From the IMG/VR virus record IMGVR_UViG_3300026097_000013, positions 32,001 to 96,000 of that record: a DNA stretch of 64,000 nucleotides. One strand, given 5' to 3'. Shown here in pieces: positions 19,744-28,403 of the stretch; position 1 is the first letter of the stretch, and every line of letters begins with the position of its first letter. The notes below the pieces were generated by a model, which was given only the letters and a program-made list of their open reading frames with translations, was not told where the DNA came from and made no database searches. The translations under genes were made by a program, and so were the position numbers. The DNA is from a virus.

Positions 19744-19781
19744 ATCTCACTCCGTTCAATTATATTTATCAATTAAGATAG

Positions 19782-20198
19782 TTATCGAGAAAGTGGAGTC
19801 AATGTATGAAAGTATTGAGCAGTAAAGATAACCTTAGTTCCATTATTTTGTCCTGCAGGTGATGATATTGCCGGATTTAGTATGACATCAACATAACTAT
19901 TGTTAACTACAGGCTCAATAGTAATTAATTCACGTAGTGTATGATTTCTAGCATACACTACAACACTTGCTCGATCGTCAGTTGCTGTTATTAATGCTTT
20001 AATTATTTCTTTATTATTAGCATCAAGATCTGCAGATATAGTATATTCTACTGACGAAAATTCTCCCACGTGCCATCGATCAAGTGTTGTGTTTTCATAT
20101 ACTTGCTTCCAGGGACCTTTATGACTAGTCCCTGAATTATTTTTAAAAAGTAATGTATTCTTTAATCCGTCTGTTAAATATTTTTGTAAGTTTTGCAT
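19782..20198 (-). CDS. Hypothetical protein
   Basis: 138-aa ORF in operon context with an upstream TAAATA motif. Confidence 0.6.
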   Translation of the reverse strand: MQNLQKYLTDGLKNTLLFKNNSGTSHKGPWKQVYENTTLDRWHVGEFSSVEYTISADLDANNKEIIKALITATDDRASVVVYARNHTLRELITIEPVVNNSYVDVILNPAISSPAGQNNGTKVIFTAQYFHTLTPLSR

Positions 20199-20223
20199 TA
20201 CGTGCCCCTATATGTAATATTTA

Positions 20224-22065
20224 TCAGTTCTTTACCGTAATTAGCTTTCCGTATTCAGGAAGATACAAATACTCGATTTTACTATGCGTTAATGTACGCA
20301 ATGCATCGTCAAGTGTTTCTACAAGAGGTTCACCGCCTAAGTTAAAGCTTGTGTTAAAGATAATTGGAACTCCGGTGCGCTCTTTAAATTCTTTAATAAT
20401 TCTGTAATATAGAGGATTGTCCTTTTCGTTTACTGTTTGAATTCTGCATGTACCGTCAACATGTATAATACTAGGAATTTTTTCAGCAATGCCTGGTTGA
20501 CAGTTTACAGCATACATCATGTGCGGACTATCTTCCATGCCACGCAAGTCGAACCATTCGTGTGCATCCTCAGCAAGTATTGATCCAGCAAACGGTCGGA
20601 AGTATTCACGACGTTTAATTTCGTTTACAAAGTCCTTGCCATCTTCGAATGTCGGATCAAACATTAAGCTACGATTACCTAATGCACGTGGTCCTGCTTC
20701 CGAGCGTCCTTGAAAACATGCTACAATATTTTTACTTGTCATTAGGTCAACAACATCTTTGTCTGTAGCATTTCTGATTTCTGCATTATAGTTTTCAACA
20801 ATTGAATTAATTTCATCGGATGTATATGTGTATTCAAATCCTAAATAAATTTCTCTCCCGTTTAGTTTATCAGGTATTTCAGTTATGGAATGAAATCCAA
20901 AAAGTGCTACACCAATAGCTGTGCCGCCATCGTTTGATATAGGTTCGACATAAAAATCAATTCCTTCTTCGTTTAAGCGATTTAAGAAATAATAATTAGC
21001 AACGCAGTTAAGTGCATACCCTCCGGATAATACTACTTTTTTCTTTCCAGACATTTCTACAGCTTTAAGTATAAGATTTAGAACTTGCTCTTGTGTTTCA
21101 GTTTGAACTGCGTATGCAAGATCTCTACGATTTTGTTCTAGTGTGACATCATCAAAGTTGTTTAGTTCGGTATTCAATTCGTCAAATAACTGCGTATTTA
21201 CAAAGGCTCCTCGAGGATAATAAGGAACAATAACATTTGGATCAGATAATTCATAGTCTCCAACTTTTTTAAATAGTGAAGGAATTTTATCGTTAGGCTT
21301 GCCGTATGGGAATAGTCCCATAGTTTTTCCTGCTTCAATTTCTTGAAATCCGCAATACTTTGTAACTGCTTCGTATGTTTTGGTAATACCTGCATTTCTA
21401 GATAATATAGCATGGAATGTATTATCTATTTCACCATACAAAAATTCAGCTTCTTTTTCTTTATCGATAATTGTTAATGTAGTATCTTTTGTTGCAGAAT
21501 GTTTGTATAAATGATTAAATGTTGCAGGGTAATTACAATCTAAAATTGATTCAATTTCCCATGTTGATACTACATCAGTATCATTTGGATTAAATTTTGG
21601 ATCTATACAAATCTCTAAAGGTATTTCAGAACCACAACCGTCTACTACTAGTGCTACAGCTTCGTCAAACCCAGATCGATAAAAGGCACAGGCTGCATGT
21701 ATCTTGTGGTGCTGATGACTAAGATCATACACCTGAGGATGATTATGAGGATCTGCATGTTGGTCAATTAATCCTAATTTTCGAGCTAACCCAATATACA
21801 TATTATCGCCACTAAAATCAATAGTGCCAGATGTATGCATTCCTTGAGTATGAACAATAAACATATAATCAACTTTATCTGTATACTCTTTTACTTTTAC
21901 CATTGCAGCAAATGGACTGCCGTCGTATTTTTTTCTGCTAAGGCGCTCTTCTTCAATTGCAAATACAATTTTACCATTTTTTAATAAACATACACCTGAA
22001 TTGTGTCCTCGAGAGATGCCTAATACCCAAAGATCTTTTTTTATTTCATTCATATTATAGTCCAC
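20224..22065 (-). CDS. O-carbamoyltransferase (NodU/CmcH/TobZ family)
   Basis: EEERLSRKK, HHKIHAACAFYRS, GKTMGLFPYG, LSGGYALNCVAN, GRSEAGPRALGNRS, KRREYFRPFA, HVDGTCRIQTV, NTSFNLGGEP. Confidence 0.93.
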   Translation of the reverse strand: MDYNMNEIKKDLWVLGISRGHNSGVCLLKNGKIVFAIEEERLSRKKYDGSPFAAMVKVKEYTDKVDYMFIVHTQGMHTSGTIDFSGDNMYIGLARKLGLIDQHADPHNHPQVYDLSHQHHKIHAACAFYRSGFDEAVALVVDGCGSEIPLEICIDPKFNPNDTDVVSTWEIESILDCNYPATFNHLYKHSATKDTTLTIIDKEKEAEFLYGEIDNTFHAILSRNAGITKTYEAVTKYCGFQEIEAGKTMGLFPYGKPNDKIPSLFKKVGDYELSDPNVIVPYYPRGAFVNTQLFDELNTELNNFDDVTLEQNRRDLAYAVQTETQEQVLNLILKAVEMSGKKKVVLSGGYALNCVANYYFLNRLNEEGIDFYVEPISNDGGTAIGVALFGFHSITEIPDKLNGREIYLGFEYTYTSDEINSIVENYNAEIRNATDKDVVDLMTSKNIVACFQGRSEAGPRALGNRSLMFDPTFEDGKDFVNEIKRREYFRPFAGSILAEDAHEWFDLRGMEDSPHMMYAVNCQPGIAEKIPSIIHVDGTCRIQTVNEKDNPLYYRIIKEFKERTGVPIIFNTSFNLGGEPLVETLDDALRTLTHSKIEYLYLPEYGKLITVKN

Positions 22066-23011
22066 TTAAAATTTTACCTGCTATTTGTTTAATTTGATCG
22101 TCAGTTAAATTCATTGCTGACTCATTTTTTCTATCTGCACACTCGTCTAAAGTGATACGTATAGGGCTGTACTCTTTATTATTTTTATTAAAATCAAAAA
22201 TATTAAAATATTTATTGTTAGGATAAGATACATTTTCAGCAAATGTTGACCCTAGCACCACATAAGATTTTTTATTAAACGAATGTGCGATATGCTGTCC
22301 TATCGAATCACATCCTATAAATGCATCTGCGGCATTTATCATTCCAAACCATTTCCTCAAATTTACGTTTTCAATAAAAAATGTTTCTTGTTTACATCCG
22401 TATGCGCTAAAATCTACATTAAATTCATTCATTAATAATATAGAACATCTGTGTTCAATCTTTTTTATTAAATTTGCAGCTGATGCAATAGTAAAAGACC
22501 TACCAGTCGAATCAATCGGCCCTGCTGATGTTTCTACATTATTTAATGTTATACCTTTGCCAAACGGTTGAAAAATCATCAGAGGCTTGTTATGTTTATT
22601 CCTCATATCGTTGGCCATATTTAATGCTGTATGCTTTTCTTCGTTATTTAAATATATAGACGGCGCTGACAGATTATCATCTAAAGTTCCATTAATTTCG
22701 ATATCAAATGCTTGTGCAATACTGCATTTTTGATTATAGTATTCCCATACATAATAAGGCTCCGGCGCTACTATGTTTCTATCTTTTAGTTTATCTTTAA
22801 ATAAATGAGGTAAGTTTGACGGATATGATCTAGCATGCAATGACGGATGTCCTGAAAATGCTTCATATGCAAATTCTGAAAATATTACAAAATCATCGTC
22901 TGGATTATTTTCTAGATATTTTTCTAATGCCGGAATGGCGCACACAACTCTTCCAATGCCGCCATTAATATAGAATGCAGTATTACGTTCTTTGTTGTTT
23001 ATTTTTTTCAT
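22055..23011 (-). CDS. Glycosyltransferase, GT9 (heptosyltransferase)-like
   Basis: GGIGRVVCAIPAL start and ADAFIGCDSIGQHIAHSFNKKSYVVLGST, resembling the GT9 pattern DSGxxHxAxAxxxPxxxLFGxT. Confidence 0.7.
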   Translation of the reverse strand: MKKINNKERNTAFYINGGIGRVVCAIPALEKYLENNPDDDFVIFSEFAYEAFSGHPSLHARSYPSNLPHLFKDKLKDRNIVAPEPYYVWEYYNQKCSIAQAFDIEINGTLDDNLSAPSIYLNNEEKHTALNMANDMRNKHNKPLMIFQPFGKGITLNNVETSAGPIDSTGRSFTIASAANLIKKIEHRCSILLMNEFNVDFSAYGCKQETFFIENVNLRKWFGMINAADAFIGCDSIGQHIAHSFNKKSYVVLGSTFAENVSYPNNKYFNIFDFNKNNKEYSPIRITLDECADRKNESAMNLTDDQIKQIAGKILSGL

Positions 23012-23646
23012 AAGTTTAACTCATTTAATGTTATTGTTGTTCCGAGGGTTCCTTTTACAAAAACATTAAAAGATAAACTTATTCTGTTTTTGTTTGAATT
23101 ATTAGGACTTACTTCGTGAAACAACGTTGAAGGAAAGAAAATAATATCATTATTTTTTACAGGAACAGTCCATATATTTGAATTAGTTACATTATATGTA
23201 GAAACATCGATTTGTAGTGTGGGATTATTTGTAATAGTATCATTGTTATTAGAAATAAATGTTATACTATCTTCGGGTGTTGTATCTATATAATAAACTC
23301 CACTTATTAAAGAATTACTATGATTGTGTCTATGATGACTAGAACCAGGCGGATTAAAATTTAACCAAGATTGTGTAAGATAAAATTCATGTTTAGGATC
23401 TATAAATAATACGTTGTTAATATATTCATTAAGACCAGACATAATTCTATCACGTATTAAACTGTAAGAATCTAAATTCAACACATTAGTATTAGTTGAT
23501 GAAAGGTTTCCTCCAACATTTTCACGAGTTTTTAATTGTTCGGTTGTTGTGTCATGTACTTCGGTTATATCTGAATATTTGTTATATATAAAAACCGGAG
23601 TACTAAAAAGTAATAATGTATTATCTAAAGATTGATTTTGATTCAT
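23008..23646 (-). CDS. 2OG-Fe(II) oxygenase
   Basis: HHRHNHSNSLISGVYYI...FFPSTLFHEV...RISLSFN (HxH...H facial triad and RxS). Confidence 0.85.
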   Translation of the reverse strand: MNQNQSLDNTLLLFSTPVFIYNKYSDITEVHDTTTEQLKTRENVGGNLSSTNTNVLNLDSYSLIRDRIMSGLNEYINNVLFIDPKHEFYLTQSWLNFNPPGSSHHRHNHSNSLISGVYYIDTTPEDSITFISNNNDTITNNPTLQIDVSTYNVTNSNIWTVPVKNNDIIFFPSTLFHEVSPNNSNKNRISLSFNVFVKGTLGTTITLNELNL

Positions 23647-23656
23647 TTTTTATCCT

Positions 23657-24325
23657 TTAGTTGCAATCTAGAGATATTCTAATATTTCCAGAAACGCTTA
23701 TTCTGTAATCATCCGAAGTATAAAATGGATATACACAATGATTCAACGTAGCAGGAAACATTAAAATAGTTCCTTCCCATGTCTTATCAACCGGAACCGG
23801 TGTAGTTTGTATTCTGCCTAGTATATCATTGTAAATAAAAGTAAATTTTGAAGTATAAGCGCCCGATGTGTCTGTATTATCTGATTCGTGCAAGATATCA
23901 GAGTTAAGAGGAAAATAAGTTTCTTCATCTTTTAATTCATAAGGTATTTTAATCCAAATAACAAAGCTTAATACACCCGAATGATGATGTATAGGGTTAA
24001 ATTCATATTTTTTTTGTTTATTGACCCACATAGAATCAACAATTAAATTATATTTTTTAGATTTTGAAACTTCTTCAAATGTATCAAGAAATCCTGGATT
24101 ATTAATCTGCCAAGTATCTGCCATTGCTAATAGAAATTCAGACATATTTTCCTTAATATGATTTAAAGAATATTCTTCTTGCATATGTCCCAAAAGCTTA
24201 TGATTATATTTCTCTCCTGTGTCACCCATAGTATCTATAACAGATTTTAAATTTTTAAAAATATCAAACGGAAGTTTAGACTCTAATACACCGAGATTAT
24301 TAAGTGCTTTTAATGATAATGTCAT
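23657..24325 (-). CDS. 2OG-Fe(II) oxygenase
   Basis: EFNPIHHHSGVLSFVIW...FPATLNHCVYP...RISVSGN. Confidence 0.85.
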   Translation of the reverse strand: MTLSLKALNNLGVLESKLPFDIFKNLKSVIDTMGDTGEKYNHKLLGHMQEEYSLNHIKENMSEFLLAMADTWQINNPGFLDTFEEVSKSKKYNLIVDSMWVNKQKKYEFNPIHHHSGVLSFVIWIKIPYELKDEETYFPLNSDILHESDNTDTSGAYTSKFTFIYNDILGRIQTTPVPVDKTWEGTILMFPATLNHCVYPFYTSDDYRISVSGNIRISLDCN

Positions 24326-24330
24326 GTTTT

Positions 24331-25908
24331 CTATGTATCCTTATCATTGTATATATACCGAGATAACCAATCACAAGCACTAAGCTGAGTGCTTGCAGCA
24401 TTTTTCCATTGATTTACTTTGTTATATCTATCGTATAAAAAATTTTCACAAAGATCGCGCATACTTGTCTGCATACCCAATTCTTGCTTTACAATGTCAA
24501 TTTCATTGTATACATTATAATTCATACCGTTAGCTATACATACAATACCTGCACGTCCAGTATGACTAAGTGTAAGTGTTTTCTTTACATATAGATCATT
24601 AAATCCGCTAGTACTAGTGCGTAAATTTGAATCGTAAACTCTTTCTCTATTTTTATTCCAGTAATCTGAATCACTTCTTATAGACAAAGCGTAATGCAAT
24701 GCAACAAATTCTGCAAAATTCTGATAAAAATTTCTTATGTGTGCGTTATACACATCTCGATCAAATTGATTAACTACTGGTCGATCTACATGACGACAAA
24801 ATTCTAACAAAAATTCATGAACACTTAATAATCCATTACTTTCTAGTGGCTCAATGAATGCAGCAGCCAACCCAATGCCTAATACATTTTTAACCCATAT
24901 ACGTTCATAAATACCTGTTTTAAAATTAATGTGCTTAAAATTAAGATCATCTGTAACTCTATTAGGATTGTGCAATGTCATTTTATCCGAATTAAGATGA
25001 TTTTTAAATTCTTGCAGAGCATCTTCGTCTGATATAAATTCATCTGAATATACGTATCCTGTACCTATTCTAGACCAAAGCGGAATATTCCAAACCCACC
25101 CGTTACTTAGTGCAGTACAATTTGTATATACTTCTAGTTCTTTTTCTTTATCAGTATACGGTATTTGTACAGCCCATGCCTTGTTATTTGGTAAAATATC
25201 TCTATAAGATACAAATGGCTCTTCTAGTGCTTTACCTAAAAGTAAACTTTCAAATCCAGTGCAATCTACATAAAGATCTGCTGTTAATTTTGTTCCGTCT
25301 TCTAAAATAATTTTAGATATACCGTTATCGTCTGTAGGAGCGTCAACAACTGTTCCTACTACATGTTTAACTCCACGAGGTATACAATAGCGATCTTTAA
25401 GATATTTTCCGAATAATAACGAGTCAAAATGAAAAGCTGTATGATAATCAAATCTAAAATCATCAAAACTACCGTCTTCATTAGTTGATATTTTATTTTC
25501 GTTTACTAATGCCATTACAGGCCAAAAGTTTTCTGCAAAGTCGCTAGAATGAGTTTCAGGATAGTAAGCTTTTTTTAATTGCCAATGATTATAATTAATA
25601 TCTTCAGTTTCTATAGGATCACCAAACGGATAATGGAATCCTCCGTAGTCTTTATCATAAAAGTCAGTAAATTTGATACTAAACTTATAACTACCATTTG
25701 TATGTTTTAGAAAATCTTTGTCATCTATTCCGAGGTACGCTGTCCAGTCACGAATAAATCCTAAGGTACTTTCACCCACACCAATTTTTGGTATATCATC
25801 ACTTTCAACTAATGTAATAGATTTATCGGGAAATTTTCTAATCAGTGTTGCAGCAGCCATCCATCCAGCTGAGCCGCCGCCTACTATTAATATACTATTA
25901 AATGCCAT
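24331..25908 (-). CDS. Flavin-dependent halogenase (tryptophan halogenase / PrnA family)
   Basis: GGGSAGWM FAD motif, IGVGEST, YKFSIKF (catalytic Lys position), GWVWNIP (WxWxIP), FIEPLESNG. Confidence 0.9.
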   Translation of the reverse strand: MAFNSILIVGGGSAGWMAAATLIRKFPDKSITLVESDDIPKIGVGESTLGFIRDWTAYLGIDDKDFLKHTNGSYKFSIKFTDFYDKDYGGFHYPFGDPIETEDINYNHWQLKKAYYPETHSSDFAENFWPVMALVNENKISTNEDGSFDDFRFDYHTAFHFDSLLFGKYLKDRYCIPRGVKHVVGTVVDAPTDDNGISKIILEDGTKLTADLYVDCTGFESLLLGKALEEPFVSYRDILPNNKAWAVQIPYTDKEKELEVYTNCTALSNGWVWNIPLWSRIGTGYVYSDEFISDEDALQEFKNHLNSDKMTLHNPNRVTDDLNFKHINFKTGIYERIWVKNVLGIGLAAAFIEPLESNGLLSVHEFLLEFCRHVDRPVVNQFDRDVYNAHIRNFYQNFAEFVALHYALSIRSDSDYWNKNRERVYDSNLRTSTSGFNDLYVKKTLTLSHTGRAGIVCIANGMNYNVYNEIDIVKQELGMQTSMRDLCENFLYDRYNKVNQWKNAASTQLSACDWLSRYIYNDKDT

Positions 25909-25930
25909 AAAAAAAATACCTCCTATAATG

Positions 25931-25964
25931 TATTTAATTATAACATCATAGGAAGCATTGTCAA
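25931..25964 (-). promoter_or_regulatory. Tandem sigma70 and late-type promoters for the tailoring cluster
   Basis: Minus strand TTGACA (25964-25959), 16 nt, TATAAT (25942-25937) with extended-10 TG, immediately followed by TAAATA (25936-25931); SD AGGAGGT before ATG 25908. Confidence 0.75.
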
Positions 25965-25977
25965 TGTGATTTATATA

Positions 25978-26502
25978 TTACTCTTCAGGATCTGGATCTG
26001 GGCCTGGATCTGGAATCACAACTCCGGGAATTAACGGCCATTCAATCTCAGATTCATGTGATATTGTATCCCAATCAATTGTGTCGGGCAAGTCTCTTAG
26101 TTGCTGTCTATACGTTGCCCATTCTGCTTTTTCTGCATCACTAAGTGGTGCATCCGGCAATTGTGTCCAATCCGAAGCTGGTAATAAATTTAGACGGGTA
26201 CGTTCCATAAATCTAAATCGCTTTTCCAGTATATCAATTGATTTTTCAATCCACTCTTGAGTAAAAGTTCCGTCTTCATTTTTTATAATATCGCCTGGCG
26301 CTATGTCTACATCAGTATCGCCGTTGACATAGTCTCTAATTGAATCATATACCGGAGCATAACCTTTAGCACGTACTTCTTCTTCAGTAAAGTCCCATGT
26401 TTCTTTCATTATATAATGTATATTTTCGTTAGAAATATATGTAGAGTCAACCATATCTCCATTTTCATCTATTCTTATATAGTTTACATTTTGTAAATTC
26501 AT
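25978..26502 (-). CDS. Tail fibre assembly chaperone-like protein
   Basis: RLNLLPASDWTQLPDAPLSDAEKAEWATYRQQLRDLP...IEWP matches the phage tail-assembly-chaperone C-terminal motif; follows a fibre-like gene. Confidence 0.8.
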   Translation of the reverse strand: MNLQNVNYIRIDENGDMVDSTYISNENIHYIMKETWDFTEEEVRAKGYAPVYDSIRDYVNGDTDVDIAPGDIIKNEDGTFTQEWIEKSIDILEKRFRFMERTRLNLLPASDWTQLPDAPLSDAEKAEWATYRQQLRDLPDTIDWDTISHESEIEWPLIPGVVIPDPGPDPDPEE

Positions 26503-26522
26503 TGTGCAGTTCCTTAATCTTA

Positions 26523-28046
26523 TTATAAGTTATGTGTGTTACAGCAAGGCCACGCTCTATTTGCGCCCCAAACAATTCTAACAACACCCGGCCCGCCCCA
26601 GCCGCCGCCGTGTGACGTGCCGCCGCCTCCGGCGCCGCCGCCGAACTTTCCGCCGCAATTATAACCGTTTCCTCGTCCATTCGAATACGGCTCACCTGGA
26701 TTACCACAGCAACCGCCTGATCCGCCTTGGCCTGCTCCGCCGCTTGTGCCGTGACCTGTTCGTCCATGGCCGCATCTGCCTTCACTGCTGCTACTACCAT
26801 AACAGCACATGCCACATGCGCCAGTGCCGCCACCGCCGCCAGTACCGTAAGTTGAACTGTGATAAGAAGTTGCGCTGCCCCCTCCGCCACCGCAACCACG
26901 ATATCCCGGAGTATTAGAGTTAGCAGGTGATCGGCCACAATAGCCAGCTCCGCCGCCGCCTCCGCCAGCAGTACCCGGATAAGCAACCATTCCGTAACTA
27001 CCGCAGCATGTTCCGCTGCCGCCATTTACATCACTGAAGCTGTAACATCCGCCGTAACATCCACAACATCCGCCGCAGGCTATCATACCCGGCCAGCATG
27101 AATATCCACCAAGGTTTTGGCTGTTAGACCAGCATGCTCCACGTCCGACGCGGATACAATAAGATTGACCTGGTGTAACTGGAATATTATTAGCCCATAC
27201 AGAGCCACCGCCGTGCCCGCCGCAGCCTGCCCAGTCGTAACGGCCGCTGCCGCCAGCGCCGATTGCTAGTACATTAACACTTGTAACTCCATCTGGGGCT
27301 ACCCATGTATAATTACATGTGCCGCCAGCTTGGCCATATACACCTTCATATTGTGCTTGTCCTTTAACGGCTTCAAAATAGAATTGTTTGCTAAATGCTG
27401 TAGTTCTATACGAACCTTCAGGCATTGATGTATTACGTACACCTAGTGTAAAGTTATAATTATTAGTTGTTTCGTCACTAGATTTTCCTGGAAAAGTCAT
27501 TAGTCCGTTGTTATCAATAGTTACATTAGACGGTAAGTTGCCTCTGTTAGTAATTGCCCATTCTGTAGCTGTACCGCTATTACTGAATTGAAAAGTTTCC
27601 GCAGCAGTAAGTGTTACATTATTGTTATTAGTAGTAATACTAGGATAATCGTTTGTTGTGCTAACAAATATAGTTATATCAGCTTCGTATACAACATCAT
27701 ATTTTGAATCAGTAATATTTATCGTTAATACTGACAATGGATCCATGCTAGCAGCCGATCCTGATAGTGTTCCACTAGATGATAGAGTTAGTCCGTATTG
27801 TGCGCCATCTCGCCACGCAAAGGTATATTCTGAATCACCAAAAGCACCTGTTACGCTAAGTGTAACATTTAAACTTTCGTTTGCATTTATATAATCTGGA
27901 AGAGGATCTCTATCAAGAGATGCGCCGCCAGCTAAAACAAATCCTGTTCCGTTACTTGTTAAAATTAGTCCAGTATTTTCAAAGTCTGCATCCTCGATTG
28001 CTAGACCACTACCTCTGTTTTTTGTTAATCCTATAAATCTTCCCAT
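26523..28046 (-). CDS. Fibre-tip-like protein with a Gly/Cys-rich C-terminal domain
   Basis: Ig-like/beta N-terminal half; C-terminal domain bounded by WVAPDGVTSVNVLAIGAGG and GGPGVVRIVWG, typical of glycine-rich phage fibre domains. Confidence 0.6.
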   Translation of the reverse strand: MGRFIGLTKNRGSGLAIEDADFENTGLILTSNGTGFVLAGGASLDRDPLPDYINANESLNVTLSVTGAFGDSEYTFAWRDGAQYGLTLSSSGTLSGSAASMDPLSVLTINITDSKYDVVYEADITIFVSTTNDYPSITTNNNNVTLTAAETFQFSNSGTATEWAITNRGNLPSNVTIDNNGLMTFPGKSSDETTNNYNFTLGVRNTSMPEGSYRTTAFSKQFYFEAVKGQAQYEGVYGQAGGTCNYTWVAPDGVTSVNVLAIGAGGSGRYDWAGCGGHGGGSVWANNIPVTPGQSYCIRVGRGACWSNSQNLGGYSCWPGMIACGGCCGCYGGCYSFSDVNGGSGTCCGSYGMVAYPGTAGGGGGGAGYCGRSPANSNTPGYRGCGGGGGSATSYHSSTYGTGGGGGTGACGMCCYGSSSSEGRCGHGRTGHGTSGGAGQGGSGGCCGNPGEPYSNGRGNGYNCGGKFGGGAGGGGTSHGGGWGGPGVVRIVWGANRAWPCCNTHNL

Positions 28047-28070
28047 TATAATTTCCTTTTATACATGTAT

Positions 28071-28388
28071 TTATGCTGATGTTTCGATACCAAAAACTAC
28101 AGCACTAATACTTGCTTCTGATGATAATGCAACTATTTTTTGACCTGCTGCTAACACTAGACCTGTACGTTCTAGTACGTTTTTAGCAAGTAACCCTGTT
28201 TCAAATTCTATGTATTCTCCGTTAGTAGGAGTATCTGCATCTGCAATTGCTAAACTAATATTAGAAGCATCAGCACCTCTATTACATATCGATATTGTTG
28301 CAACGGCATAAGTGTCTGCTGGACATTCGTATACTGTTGTAAGTGTTGCTGCGCTTAAATCGCTTGCTGCTAATCTTCCTGTAGCCAT
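28071..28388 (-). CDS. Small beta-sandwich partner protein (paralog family with 38348 and 45242)
   Basis: 105 aa; ISICNR...YIEFET.L.A..VLERTGLVLAAGQKI pattern shared with the two paralogs. Confidence 0.6.
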   Translation of the reverse strand: MATGRLAASDLSAATLTTVYECPADTYAVATISICNRGADASNISLAIADADTPTNGEYIEFETGLLAKNVLERTGLVLAAGQKIVALSSEASISAVVFGIETSA

Positions 28389-28403
28389 TTTATATATTCT
28401 CCG

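Noticed and set aside
26465-27025. 186-aa Ala-rich alternative-frame ORF and 101-aa plus-strand ORF
   Set aside because: Frame shadows of GGC-rich glycine codons in the fibre-tip gene.
26590-27290. High-GC patch suggesting horizontal acquisition
   Set aside because: Explained by Gly/Cys composition and the GGC preference seen in glycine runs elsewhere in the window.
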